Program-made: the position numbers and the translations under genes
The notes under the pieces: model-generated
The model's input: the letters and a program-made list of their open reading frames with translations, nothing else
The model's database searches: none
Told to the model about the DNA's origin: nothing
Source: Pseudomonadota bacterium
GTDB taxonomy: Bacteria; Pseudomonadota; Alphaproteobacteria; Rhodobacterales; Rhodobacteraceae
Direction of reading: 5' to 3'
Assembly (NCBI GenBank): GCA_039818265.1
Contig: JBCBUG010000012.1
Coordinates: 45,132 to 109,131 of the forward strand
DNA length: 64,000 nucleotides
Shown here: one piece after another, positions 55,057 to 64,000 of the stretch
Numbering within the stretch: position 1 is the stretch's first letter
Layout of the letters: each line of letters begins with the position of its first letter

Positions 55057-57734
55057 TGGCGACGCCGAATATTCTGATATTGGTAAGCCTGGGCTACGTG
55101 GTACTACTATTTGGTGTGGCCTTCGCAGCTGAAAGAATGGCCGAGGCAGGGCGAGGGAAATGGCTACGCTCGCCCCTGATCTACACGCTTTCCTTGTCGA
55201 TCTATTGTACCGCCTGGACCTTTTATGGCGCGGTTGGCAATGCCGCGCGGTCCGGGCTGGAATACGTGACGATCTATCTGGGGCCGACGTTGGTGATGGT
55301 CAGCTGGTGGTGGGGCTTGCGCAAACTGGTTCGGGTTGCGCGTAGCCAAAGGGTGACCTCGATCGCGGACCTATTGTCGTCTCGTTATGGTAAATCCAAC
55401 ACGCTGGCCGTATGCGTTACCATTTTGGCGGTTCTTGCCGGAACGCCCTATATTGCCCTGCAACTTCAGTCGATCACCCTGTCGTTTTCGATTTTTGTCG
55501 AGGCTGATCCCTCTGACCTCTACCCAAGCGGATCTAATGTATTCTGGGTTGCGGCCGGTTTGGCTGTCTTCGCTATTCTATTCGGCACGCGCAATCTGGA
55601 CGTGAACGAGCGTCATCATGGTGTGGTTACAGCGATTGCCGTGGAATCGGTGGTCAAACTATTCGCCTTGATCGCCGTTGGTGTGTTTGTCGTGTGGGGG
55701 ATTGCTGGGGGGATTGGTCCGATGATGGATCGGATTGATGCTTCGGAAATTGGTCAATGGAACATCGACGCCGGCCGCTGGACTGCGTTCATCTTCCTTT
55801 CCTCTGCGGCCTTCGTCTGTTTGCCGCGCATGTTTCAGGTTATGGTCGTTGAAAATGACGATGAAGGCCATCTGAGGACAGCAGCTTGGGCGTTTCCCTT
55901 GTACCTGCTGCTGATGAGCCTGTTTGTTGTGCCCATTGCGGTCGTCGGGTTGGACCTTTTACCGCCTGGTTCCAACCCTGATCTTTTTGTTCTGACGGTG
56001 CCGCTGTCGCAGGGTAATGATTGGCTTGCCATGCTGTCCTTTATCGGTGGTTTTTCGTCGGCCACTTCGATGGTGATCATCACGGCGATGGCGCTGTCCA
56101 CAATGGTATCGAACCAGATTGTCATGCCGATCTGGCTGAATACCCATGAACGGGTGGGATCTGTCCCTGGTGATGTACGGACCATTGTTTTGATGGCGCG
56201 TCGGGTTTCGATCGCTGCGGTCATGGCGCTGGGATATTTCTACTATAGCCTGATCGGCGATGGCGCGGCGCTGGCTTCGATCGGCTTGATTGCCTTTGCC
56301 GGGGTCTCGCAAATCCTGCCCGCCCTTGTGGGCGGATTGTTCTGGCGGGGGGCGACGCGCATCGGCGCTTTGGCAGGGCTGACGGTGGGATTTACGCTCT
56401 GGTGCTACACGCTGCTCTTGCCGGGGATGGGTGGGCTTTGGATGCCTCAATCGGTGATCGAGCAAGGCCCATTTGGTATCGGGTGGCTGCGTCCTCAGGC
56501 CCTCTTCGCAATCGAGGGGATGGACCCGATGGTCCACACCGTGATGTGGTCGATCTCTTTGAACACAATCGCTTTTTGCGTCGCGTCGCTTCTTAGCTTC
56601 CCCAGCCCGTTGGAGCGGTTGCAGGGGGCCCAGTTCGTGAATGTCTTTGACCATTCCGTTGCGCCGCGCGGCTGGTCTGGGTCGGTGGCGCAAAGCGAAG
56701 ACTTGATGATCATGACCCAGCGCATTCTGGGCACAGGTCCCGCGCAGGCGTTCTTTCAGGCCGAAGCCGAGCATCAGGGTGGGAGGTCACACCTGCCCGA
56801 GCCCACGCCGGGCTTCCTGAACCGGCTTGAGCGTGAACTCAGCGGTTCGGTTGGTGCGGCTACGGCCCATGCCATGATTGGTCAGATCGTGGGAGGCGCT
56901 TCAATTTCGGTCGAGGATTTGTTGGCTGTGGCGGACGAATCTGCTCAGTTGCTGGAATACTCCAGCCAGCTGGAGGTCAAGTCGGCAGAACTAAGCCGGA
57001 CCGCGCGGCAGCTGCGCGAAGCCAATACCAAGCTAACCCTTATGTCAGAACAAAAAGACAGCTTCCTGAGCCAGGTTAGCCATGAGCTGCGCACCCCGAT
57101 GACCTCGATCCGGGCGTTTTCCGAAATCCTGCGCGACACCGGAGGGCTGAGCGACGAGGAACAGACCAAATTTGCTGCAACCATTCACGATGAAGCCTTA
57201 CGCCTAACCCGTTTGCTGGATGATCTGTTGGATTTGAGCGTGCTAGAAAATGGTCAGGTCAGCTTGAACATGAGCGATGGTAGCCTGCGTTCGGTGCTGG
57301 ATCGTGCGGTTTCAACCGCGCTGGCCGGAGCATCGAAACCTCTGACAATCCGCCGAACACGCGCTTCGGAACGTATTCCGCTACACACTGACCTCGACCG
57401 CTTCGGGCAGGTTGTCATCAACCTGATTTCCAACGCGCAGAAATACTGCGATGCGGATGAGCCCGTTCTGACGATTTCGGCCCATGATATCGGGGGACGC
57501 GTGGTGATTGATTTCGTTGACAACGGCAGCGGCGTTCCGGTCGAGGCCCAATCGTTGGTGTTCGAGAAATTTGCGCGGATCGGGATCGATAAGGCCGGCG
57601 GGGCGGGGCTGGGGCTGGCGATCTGTCGTGAGATCATGCAGCGGCTTGGGGGCGAGATCAGTTATCTGCCGGGGCAGGGCGGGGCTGCGTTCCGGGTCAG
57701 CCTGCCGTTGGCCTATCAACAAGCGGCGCAATAA
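55056..57734 (+). CDS. sensor histidine kinase fused to a sodium:solute symporter (SSS)-type membrane domain
   Basis: About 500-aa polytopic SSS-like N-terminus. H-box FLSQVSHELRTPMTSI and N/G boxes (NLISNAQKY, GGAGLGLAICREIM). Confidence 0.85.
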   Translation: MATPNILILVSLGYVVLLFGVAFAAERMAEAGRGKWLRSPLIYTLSLSIYCTAWTFYGAVGNAARSGLEYVTIYLGPTLVMVSWWWGLRKLVRVARSQRVTSIADLLSSRYGKSNTLAVCVTILAVLAGTPYIALQLQSITLSFSIFVEADPSDLYPSGSNVFWVAAGLAVFAILFGTRNLDVNERHHGVVTAIAVESVVKLFALIAVGVFVVWGIAGGIGPMMDRIDASEIGQWNIDAGRWTAFIFLSSAAFVCLPRMFQVMVVENDDEGHLRTAAWAFPLYLLLMSLFVVPIAVVGLDLLPPGSNPDLFVLTVPLSQGNDWLAMLSFIGGFSSATSMVIITAMALSTMVSNQIVMPIWLNTHERVGSVPGDVRTIVLMARRVSIAAVMALGYFYYSLIGDGAALASIGLIAFAGVSQILPALVGGLFWRGATRIGALAGLTVGFTLWCYTLLLPGMGGLWMPQSVIEQGPFGIGWLRPQALFAIEGMDPMVHTVMWSISLNTIAFCVASLLSFPSPLERLQGAQFVNVFDHSVAPRGWSGSVAQSEDLMIMTQRILGTGPAQAFFQAEAEHQGGRSHLPEPTPGFLNRLERELSGSVGAATAHAMIGQIVGGASISVEDLLAVADESAQLLEYSSQLEVKSAELSRTARQLREANTKLTLMSEQKDSFLSQVSHELRTPMTSIRAFSEILRDTGGLSDEEQTKFAATIHDEALRLTRLLDDLLDLSVLENGQVSLNMSDGSLRSVLDRAVSTALAGASKPLTIRRTRASERIPLHTDLDRFGQVVINLISNAQKYCDADEPVLTISAHDIGGRVVIDFVDNGSGVPVEAQSLVFEKFARIGIDKAGGAGLGLAICREIMQRLGGEISYLPGQGGAAFRVSLPLAYQQAAQ

Positions 57735-57811
57735 GGGCGGGTAAATAACTTTGTAACACTCACCGGGTTACATCAAGGGTCAGAGGCTCGAACAATTGGT
57801 GAGTTTTGGTC

Positions 57812-58909
57812 ATGTCAGAGGCAGGGAAGACTGCGCTGTTGCGCAAGCTGTCAGCGGAGCGCGAGGATTTGAAGAACCGGCCGCGTTCAGTGCTGCGCGC
57901 GCTACGTCTGGGATTCGCGCGGGCCGCAGCAGATCGGCTGAATCTGCCCCTTGCTGTGATTGGCGCAAAGCAATCGCTGCAGCCTGCCAATGATCTGGTC
58001 GATGCGGTTGGCGATGATTGGCTGCTGTTGTTCCTGAAAGGGCCAGATGGAGTTGCAGCCGCCTGCCTTGATCCAAATGCAGTGTCGGCCATTTTGCAGA
58101 CCCAGACCATTGGTCAGGTCACCGAAACTGCGCCAGAGGCGCGCGCGTTCACAAATACGGATGCGGCAATGACGGCACCGCTGCTGGAAGCTGCGCTGGC
58201 CAAGGCGGCTGAGCTGGCCGAAAATGCATCGGATGATGTGGGCTTGATCGGCTATGAATACGTGTCTCGTGCACAGGATCTGCGATCCGTCTGCCTGACA
58301 CTGGTTGAAGATATGTATTGCCGGTTCGAACTGACGGTCGACCTGGCAGGTGGCATGCGGCAGGGACATATCTGCGTTTTGTTGCCACAAAAGTCATCCC
58401 CCGTAGAGGATTGCCTGATCCCCGAAGCGGATGAGGTGCCCGGCCTGGAGCAATCTTCGGGCGTTATCCGGGCCGAATTGAACGCCGTTTTGTGTCGCAT
58501 GAATGTGCCACTGTCTGAGCTTTCGGGGCTTAGCGCTGGGGATATTCTGCCGCTGCAACATGCGCGCATCGACCGGACAGAAATTCTGGCCATCGATCGG
58601 TCGCGGACTGCGATTGGGCGGCTTGGTCAATGTGGTGGCTTGCGCGCTGTTCGGATTAACGAACAGGCTCCTTTGGCTGCGTTATCCGATATTGAGACGC
58701 AGGAATTTATCGAAAGCCGGGCAGCTTCGGCCAGTCAAAACGCACCCGATATGCCATTGGGCGCCCAAGCCGTCGATGTCACAGACTATCGCGCTGGTCC
58801 GGACACTCTGGAAGCCCAAGAGGGTGATCTGAGTTTTGAGAACTCGGAACAAATGGTGGCTGAGATTTCGCAGCTGGCGGGGCTAAGCGGCCCCGATGAT
58901 GTGAGTTAG
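57812..58909 (+). CDS. FliM/FliN (SpoA)-like flagellar-switch family protein, orphan
   Basis: C-terminal SpoA/FliN-like segment IRAELNAVLCRMNVPLSELSGLSAGDILPL...GRLGQCGGLRAVRINE, with a FliM-middle-domain-like N-terminal half. No other flagellar genes are nearby. Confidence 0.55.
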   Translation: MSEAGKTALLRKLSAEREDLKNRPRSVLRALRLGFARAAADRLNLPLAVIGAKQSLQPANDLVDAVGDDWLLLFLKGPDGVAAACLDPNAVSAILQTQTIGQVTETAPEARAFTNTDAAMTAPLLEAALAKAAELAENASDDVGLIGYEYVSRAQDLRSVCLTLVEDMYCRFELTVDLAGGMRQGHICVLLPQKSSPVEDCLIPEADEVPGLEQSSGVIRAELNAVLCRMNVPLSELSGLSAGDILPLQHARIDRTEILAIDRSRTAIGRLGQCGGLRAVRINEQAPLAALSDIETQEFIESRAASASQNAPDMPLGAQAVDVTDYRAGPDTLEAQEGDLSFENSEQMVAEISQLAGLSGPDDVS

Positions 58910-58929
58910 CAGTTGGATATAACTGAACC

Positions 58930-59361
58930 CTAGTCCACAGCCTTGCGCATATGATCCAATGCCGGACGCAGGTTTTCCAGCTGGTAGCCTGCATTTGTTG
59001 TGGCACTTAGAATGTCGTCTGTGCTCATCCGGTCGCATTGACCCAAGGCCCATACGACCGAACACCGCGTGCCAGATGCGCAATAGGCCAATACCGGTCC
59101 ACCACAAGCTTCGGCCATATCCCTTTGCCGTGCCACATTTTCGGGCGTCATGGTCTGATGGGTCAGTTCCAGAACCACATACTCCAACCCGGCTGCGCGC
59201 ACGGCCTCGCCGATGGCGTCGGATTGCATATCTGAGGGAACCTCGGCGTTGGGTCGGTTGCAAATTACCTTGACGAACCCGGCTTGGGCGATGGCGGGCA
59301 CATCCTCAACCGTGATCTGAGGTGAGACGGCGTAGCGGGGGGTGATTGGGCGAATCTCCAT
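58930..59361 (-). CDS. TIGR01244/DUF442 family sulfurtransferase-phosphatase-like protein
   Basis: YAVSPQITVEDV...VICNRPNAE...AYCASGTRC (CX5R-like loop). Confidence 0.7.
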   Translation of the reverse strand: MEIRPITPRYAVSPQITVEDVPAIAQAGFVKVICNRPNAEVPSDMQSDAIGEAVRAAGLEYVVLELTHQTMTPENVARQRDMAEACGGPVLAYCASGTRCSVVWALGQCDRMSTDDILSATTNAGYQLENLRPALDHMRKAVD

Positions 59362-59370
59362 GCCAAATCC

Positions 59371-59802
59371 TTAGGTTGGGTTTGCGGCCCTGTCTAGCTG
59401 TGCGCCAAGGCCAGGTGCGATGAACATTCCTGTGATCATCGCCAGTATAAACAGCAATCCGCCGAGGCCCCCATAGCTTAGCGAAGCCATTGCAGGCCCG
59501 GGGCACAGCCCAACAAGCCCCCAGCCCATTCCAAACAGTGCAGAGCCGATGATCAAGCGACGGTCCAGTTCGGGGCGTGGAGGTGACGGAAATTGGCCGC
59601 CAGCGATGGGTTGCCGTCTGTTGGTCATCCGCCAGGCGATCAGCATAGGCAGGATGGCCCCACCCATGACAAAGGCAAGGGTCGGGTCCCAGGCGCCGAA
59701 CAGGTCCAGCCAACCTTGAACCTTGGTCGTGTCGGTCATGCCCGAAACCAGTAAACCCGTGCCAAACAAAGCCCCTGCTATCAAAGCGATCAGGATGCGC
59801 AT
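59371..59802 (-). CDS. YeeE/YedE family membrane protein (half-size)
   Basis: Four helices and the FGTGLLVSGM motif. Its ATG overlaps the stop of the upstream half (ATGA at 59800..59804). Confidence 0.75.
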   Translation of the reverse strand: MRILIALIAGALFGTGLLVSGMTDTTKVQGWLDLFGAWDPTLAFVMGGAILPMLIAWRMTNRRQPIAGGQFPSPPRPELDRRLIIGSALFGMGWGLVGLCPGPAMASLSYGGLGGLLFILAMITGMFIAPGLGAQLDRAANPT

Positions 59803-60230
59803 CAGATGACCCCCAGAATGTGCCGCAGGGCCAAAACGGTCAGCGCACCGGCTGCGATGTAAATCAGTGTTGCCACGATACCCCGCAGCGAGAATCGAGA
59901 GATGCCGCACACCCCGTGGCCAGAGGTACAGCCATTTGCGATGCGGGTTCCGACACCCACCAGCAGCCCTGCGACCACGACCAGCAGCAGATTTTCGGTC
60001 AGATGCGTTTCGGATTGTGGTGCGATCAATGGGCGCATCAGTAGGGGCATTCCGATTAAGCCGACAATAAATGCCAGACGCTCGGCGCTTTCACTGCGCG
60101 CGCTGCCATCGACCAGCCCGCCCAATATCCCGCTGGCGCCCATGACGCGGCCATTGCCCAGCAGATACACCGCACCGCCTAGGCCAATCAGCAGCCCGCC
60201 CAAAAGGCCCATCACCCAAGATGCATCCAT
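59802..60230 (-). CDS. YeeE/YedE family membrane protein (half-size)
   Basis: GNGCTSGHGVCG sulfur-transport motif. Confidence 0.8.
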   Translation of the reverse strand: MDASWVMGLLGGLLIGLGGAVYLLGNGRVMGASGILGGLVDGSARSESAERLAFIVGLIGMPLLMRPLIAPQSETHLTENLLLVVVAGLLVGVGTRIANGCTSGHGVCGISRFSLRGIVATLIYIAAGALTVLALRHILGVI

Positions 60231-60263
60231 ATCCGTTTCGTCCTTACTGTTGATGTCGAAGGG

Positions 60264-61127
60264 TCAGAGCTTGTTGATAGGCAGCTTCAGCATCACATCG
60301 CCCTGTTCATCTGCCGGGGGCATCTGACCCGCACGCATATTGACCTGCAGAGACGGCAGGATCAGGCGTGGCATCGCCAGCGTTGCATCCCGTGCATCGC
60401 GCATTTCCACGAACTCTTCGATGCTGCGCCCCTGTCCGATATGAATGTTGAGCGCTTTTTGCTCACCCACGGTGGTTTCCCACGCGTATTGATCCCGGCC
60501 TGGGGCCTTGTAGTCATGTCCCACGTAGACCCGCGTTTCATCAGGCAGGGCGAGGATTTTCTGGATCGATTCATAAAGCGTAGAGGATGACCCGCCCGGA
60601 AAGTCGCAACGGGCGGTGCCAAAATCAGGCATGAACAATGTATCGCCAACAAAGGCCGCGTCGCCGATCACATAGGTCAGGCAGGCTGGGGTATGACCCG
60701 GCGTGTGCAACACATCCCCACGCATCTGACCGATATGAAAGCTATCGCCTTGCTTGAACAGGGCATCGAACTGACTGCCGTCGCGCTGGAATTCAGTGCC
60801 TTCGTTGAATACTTTGCCAAAGGTGTCTTGCACGGTCACGATCTGATCGCCGATCCCGATTTTGCCACCCAGCTTCTCCTGAAGATAAGGCGCGGCCGAC
60901 AGGTGATCGGCGTGGACATGGCTTTCGAGGATCCACTCGACTTTCAGATCGTTCGTCTGGACATACTCAACGATGACGTCCGCAGCCTTCGTCCCGGTGC
61001 GTCCTGATGCATGATCGAAATCCAGAACGCTGTCGACAATAGCGCAGGCCCGGCCTTCGGGTTCGTGCACGACATAGGAAACCGTGAAGGTTTGATCATC
61101 AAAAAAAGCCTGCACTTTAGGGGTCAT
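60264..61127 (-). CDS. MBL-fold metallo-hydrolase (persulfide dioxygenase/Blh-type)
   Basis: HVHADH metal motif. 287 aa. Clustered with YeeE/YedE and DUF442. GGAGG RBS. Confidence 0.8.
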   Translation of the reverse strand: MTPKVQAFFDDQTFTVSYVVHEPEGRACAIVDSVLDFDHASGRTGTKAADVIVEYVQTNDLKVEWILESHVHADHLSAAPYLQEKLGGKIGIGDQIVTVQDTFGKVFNEGTEFQRDGSQFDALFKQGDSFHIGQMRGDVLHTPGHTPACLTYVIGDAAFVGDTLFMPDFGTARCDFPGGSSSTLYESIQKILALPDETRVYVGHDYKAPGRDQYAWETTVGEQKALNIHIGQGRSIEEFVEMRDARDATLAMPRLILPSLQVNMRAGQMPPADEQGDVMLKLPINKL

Positions 61128-61371
61128 ATCATCCTCCGTCCCGGTCTATATAACATGTATTGGATGTGGAATGTGTTTCAACTGCCGATTAGGCAATTGA
61201 TGTCTGTCAAGGCAGCCACACCAATATTGGATTAAACTTTAGTCGAACCGGGAAAGACTGCCGAATCTACCGAATTACCCGGCAAGATTCCGCACAACCT
61301 GAGGTTAGATTGTTCTGGTCTTAATCCCGTTACCTATATCGGAGAAACTGGCACCACTTGGGAGGAGCGAT

Positions 61372-61587
61372 ATGAAACAGAACACCCTGTTTTCCGAATT
61401 CACAGAGATTGAACAAAAGCTCGAGAATGCCTGTCTCGATACACGCCTGGCCCTGCAACCGAGTGTGAGCAAGATCGTTGACCGCATGCGCCGTCAGGGC
61501 ATGCATATCCCATCTCGTTTGCGTCGACTGGACTCGGCGTTGTGCGAAGATGCGATGGAAGCGCAGTTTGACAATATGCCTGTCTAA
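61372..61587 (+). CDS. hypothetical protein (71 aa)
   Basis: Strong RBS (GGGAGGAGCGAT) before the ATG. No family recognised. Confidence 0.45.
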   Translation: MKQNTLFSEFTEIEQKLENACLDTRLALQPSVSKIVDRMRRQGMHIPSRLRRLDSALCEDAMEAQFDNMPV

Positions 61588-61600
61588 ATCCGCAAGGTCA

Positions 61601-61816
61601 TCAAAAGGAAATCCCGACGATAACCAGCATCAAGCCAATCACCGACAGGAAAAGTGATCCGAGGTTCCAGGGCAGAACGCCCTGAACAACCGCACGCAGT
61701 TCATCATCAGACAGTCCGGCCTTGCGCGCTTTCATCACGCGCAGAATGCACCAGACCAACCCGGCAAGCCCGGCAACGGACAGGGCGGCCCCGCCCCAGG
61801 TGATGAATTCAAACAT
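61601..61816 (-). CDS. small two-helix membrane protein (71 aa)
   Basis: MFEFITWGGAALSVAGLAGLVWCIL...LFLSVIGLMLVIVGISF. The longer ORF-track form, 61601..61942, is unlikely. Confidence 0.5.
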   Translation of the reverse strand: MFEFITWGGAALSVAGLAGLVWCILRVMKARKAGLSDDELRAVVQGVLPWNLGSLFLSVIGLMLVIVGISF

Positions 61817-61989
61817 GGTTCCCCGCAAAGCTGGCTGATCCGCACCCGCGCTTAAAGGATCGGGGCAATTCGCACAAGCGTGCTTTGGGCCGGGTTCGGG
61901 ATTGCGTGCTTGCGACCGGGGCGGTCGCACTGTATCCGGCATCTTGCCGATGTCACAGCATCAGATTCTAGCCTTGGGGAGAGACGCCT

Positions 61990-62256
61990 ATGGAAGACAT
62001 GACCGAAGATCAGGCCACCGCCAACTACCGCGTCACAGCGGGAGAGCTGCGTCAGTTCATCGAACGGTTTGAACGGCTGGATGCTGAGAAAAAGGATCTG
62101 GCTGAACAGCAAAAAGAAGTCATGGCCGAGGCCAAGGCTCGGGGCTACGACACCAAGGTCATGCGGAAGGTCATTGCCCTGCGCAAGCGAGACAAGGACG
62201 ACATCGCCGAAGAAGAAGCGGTGCTGGAAATGTACAAAGAAGCATTGGGAATGTAG
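61990..62256 (+). CDS. gapR: DUF2312 family nucleoid-associated protein (GapR-like)
   Basis: LRQFIERFERLDAEKKDLAEQQKEVMAEAKARGYDTKVMRKVIALRKRD is the hallmark DUF2312/GapR sequence. Confidence 0.85.
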   Translation: MEDMTEDQATANYRVTAGELRQFIERFERLDAEKKDLAEQQKEVMAEAKARGYDTKVMRKVIALRKRDKDDIAEEEAVLEMYKEALGM

Positions 62257-62271
62257 AGCAGTCTGACTGGT

Positions 62272-63150
62272 TCAGACCTCTAATACTCGTACATTCGGCA
62301 TCGTTCGGATTTTTGCCATGTCTTGTGCATAAAGCTCCGAAAACGCACTGACGATTTCAGTGCTCCAGCCGGGCAGGTCCAATTCCTCCTCAACCCGATC
62401 GGGTTGAGCATGGGCCTCAAGTAGCCCGGCCAGCTCAGCGCCCGATGCAAGCCGCGCGCCGGATTGTTCCTGCTGGATCAACGGCAAAAGCTGATGTTTA
62501 CCCTGTTCGGTCAGCAAAGAAGCGAGCAGGGTATGTTCACCAGGGATCGCAATGCTGTCGGGCAAACCGGCCATGGCGCGCAGGATATCGCCCCAGATCA
62601 GCGGCGAGTCCTCGTTCTCCCAAAGAGTGATTTTGACATCTGGAACCAGATCGCCCAGGTCTTCGATCATGGTGACCCAGCTGAGACAACTCAGGTCTGT
62701 CGTATCCAGTATTGATCTGGTGCGCGCCGGATCCAGTGCCGTCAAAACCCTTGGGATGAAAAGGCCGGGGTTCATCAGCCCTGCAAAAATTTCGATATGC
62801 ACGCCACTTAGCAGGTCCTGCGTATACGCAGCCCGCTTCCCCGCAAAAGGATAGATTTGCCCATGTTGCAAGGCTGCGCGCATCGGCCCAAAGAACTTTT
62901 CGCTGGAGACAACGACACGCTGAATATCCGCAGCATCAGGCAGCACGGCATTCATCTGCTCGCGCGCCTCTGACAGAGGCAGACCGCTCGCCATGGCGTC
63001 GGACATGACCTTGACGAATTGCCTGCACCGGCGTGGTCCTAGTGGTAAGGTCCCAGCCTTGTAAAGCGCGCCTTTGTGGGCTGCGAGATTTGCCAGCAAT
63101 TGCCCCGCATCCGTGTAGGGGACCCCGGCGTGAATGACTACATGCATCAT
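62272..63150 (-). CDS. hypothetical protein (292 aa)
   Basis: Coding-like composition and an AAGGA RBS. No family recognised. Confidence 0.5.
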   Translation of the reverse strand: MMHVVIHAGVPYTDAGQLLANLAAHKGALYKAGTLPLGPRRCRQFVKVMSDAMASGLPLSEAREQMNAVLPDAADIQRVVVSSEKFFGPMRAALQHGQIYPFAGKRAAYTQDLLSGVHIEIFAGLMNPGLFIPRVLTALDPARTRSILDTTDLSCLSWVTMIEDLGDLVPDVKITLWENEDSPLIWGDILRAMAGLPDSIAIPGEHTLLASLLTEQGKHQLLPLIQQEQSGARLASGAELAGLLEAHAQPDRVEEELDLPGWSTEIVSAFSELYAQDMAKIRTMPNVRVLEV

Positions 63151-63326
63151 GTTCCTTGCGCTCGACTGTCCTGCAGATCCGTTTTCGGCTTAGCTTCACT
63201 GTTATCAAGACTGGGCATGTTCGTTGTGAGTGATTTCACACTTTCTAAGGAAATTCGACAATCCCTAACTCTACGCTAAATTTCCGGCTTGCAGTCTGTG
63301 TCCGGAGACAGTAATCGACGATCAGC

Positions 63327-63402
63327 GCCCCTATAGCTCAGCTGGTAGAGCAACTGATTTGTAATCAGTAGGTCCGCGGTTCGAGTCCGTGTGGGGGCAC
63401 CA
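63327..63402 (+). tRNA. tRNA-Thr (anticodon UGU)
   Basis: Hand-folded cloverleaf. Acceptor GCCCCTA/TGGGGGC, D arm GCTC/GAGC, anticodon stem ACTGA/TCAGT with loop TTTGTAA, T arm CGCGG-TTCGAGT-CCGTG, and an encoded CCA. Confidence 0.9.
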
Positions 63403-63585
63403 GAAAATAAAGTTAAACAAATGGTTAACTCATTCTAGGGCCCCGGTCTCTCCGAACGTCCGAATCTACCCGAGTCGGACACTCGTATTTGTTGGCCTTG
63501 GTGCGGTGCGATTGTGTGGTCCTTGAGCTAATGGATCTCACCTATCAACTCATCTATGCGCTGCCAAAAACGTTGAACCGGACGT

Positions 63586-63795
63586 TCATTCCATCACGCC
63601 CAAGCGCTTGATCCAGCTCTTGAGGCTGCCCTTGATATAGTGCCGTCCGACGCCATCAGAACTCGGGTCGGTGTGAAAACAACACTTTCCCTTTTGCTTT
63701 ACGCCACCGACAGAATAGCCACTGATGCCGACCAGATAGCGGGTGTTGAAAACACGCGCGGTGCGGTCAACTTTTTCAGCGAAAAATAGTTTCAT
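63586..63795 (-). CDS. hypothetical small protein (69 aa)
   Basis: GGAGAA RBS 8 nt upstream of the ATG. Lies in AT-richer DNA downstream of tRNA-Thr. No family recognised. Confidence 0.4.
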   Translation of the reverse strand: MKLFFAEKVDRTARVFNTRYLVGISGYSVGGVKQKGKCCFHTDPSSDGVGRHYIKGSLKSWIKRLGVME

Positions 63796-64000
63796 TCGGT
63801 TATTCTCCTGCTCGATTTCCGGGGGCGTAGATCGTCACTATTTACCGGGGGTTGGCATGCACCGCCCCACTGAACTTACTGGTTAGCCGGTAGGCATGAA
63901 CAAAATACTCGGTAGCCGTTCGATCGTTGCGAAAGATGAACCGGTTTGTGGGGGTGAAAATGAGCGTGTCATGTTAAAAGCCGCCCCAATAACCAATGCC

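Noticed and set aside
63403-63430. TTAA-n-TTAA motif after the tRNA as a CtrA box
   Set aside because: The spacing is 8 nt (ttaa-acaaatgg-ttaa), not the 7 nt of the CtrA consensus TTAA-N7-TTAA.

Overview
The window is a 64-kb chromosomal segment that looks like a high-GC alphaproteobacterium of the Rhodobacteraceae (roseobacter) type. Supporting markers are GcrA, GapR/DUF2312, DUF1178, PCu(A)C, a Hint-domain protein, a zwf-edd-eda Entner-Doudoroff operon and GC-rich REP-like palindromes. Most of it is densely packed housekeeping DNA: lysC-ptsP, zwf-edd-eda, valS, argD-argF, hrpB, meaB, rpmB, lepA, clpP-clpX, accB-accC, aat, mlaD, one tRNA-Thr(UGU) and a persulfide-dioxygenase/YeeE sulfur module. 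I saw no rRNA, CRISPR array, transposase or integrase. Five visibly AT-richer islets interrupt the core. (1) At 18.0-20.6 kb, a DUF2235/Tle1-like lipase sits convergent with an orphan multi-pass membrane protein. (2) At 33.4-34.6 kb there is an RTX-like/Hint-domain protein. (3) At 39.2-40.8 kb there are two secreted Cys-containing orphans. (4) At 42.7-45.5 kb, between lepA and clpP, a 421-aa orphan carries a C-terminal HEPN-like RNxxxH motif. Upstream of it lie three ~62-nt degenerate tandem repeats, a GC hairpin and about 1 kb of ORF-free, helix-rich DNA. (5) DNA downstream of tRNA-Thr. My best candidate for something undescribed is islet 4, a possible stand-alone HEPN-type defence or toxin gene, perhaps with an RNA partner. 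The second candidate is a translationally coupled module of CheY-like receiver, small membrane protein and symporter-fused histidine kinase, followed by an orphan FliM/FliN-like protein. All family calls come from reading motifs by eye. No database search was run.
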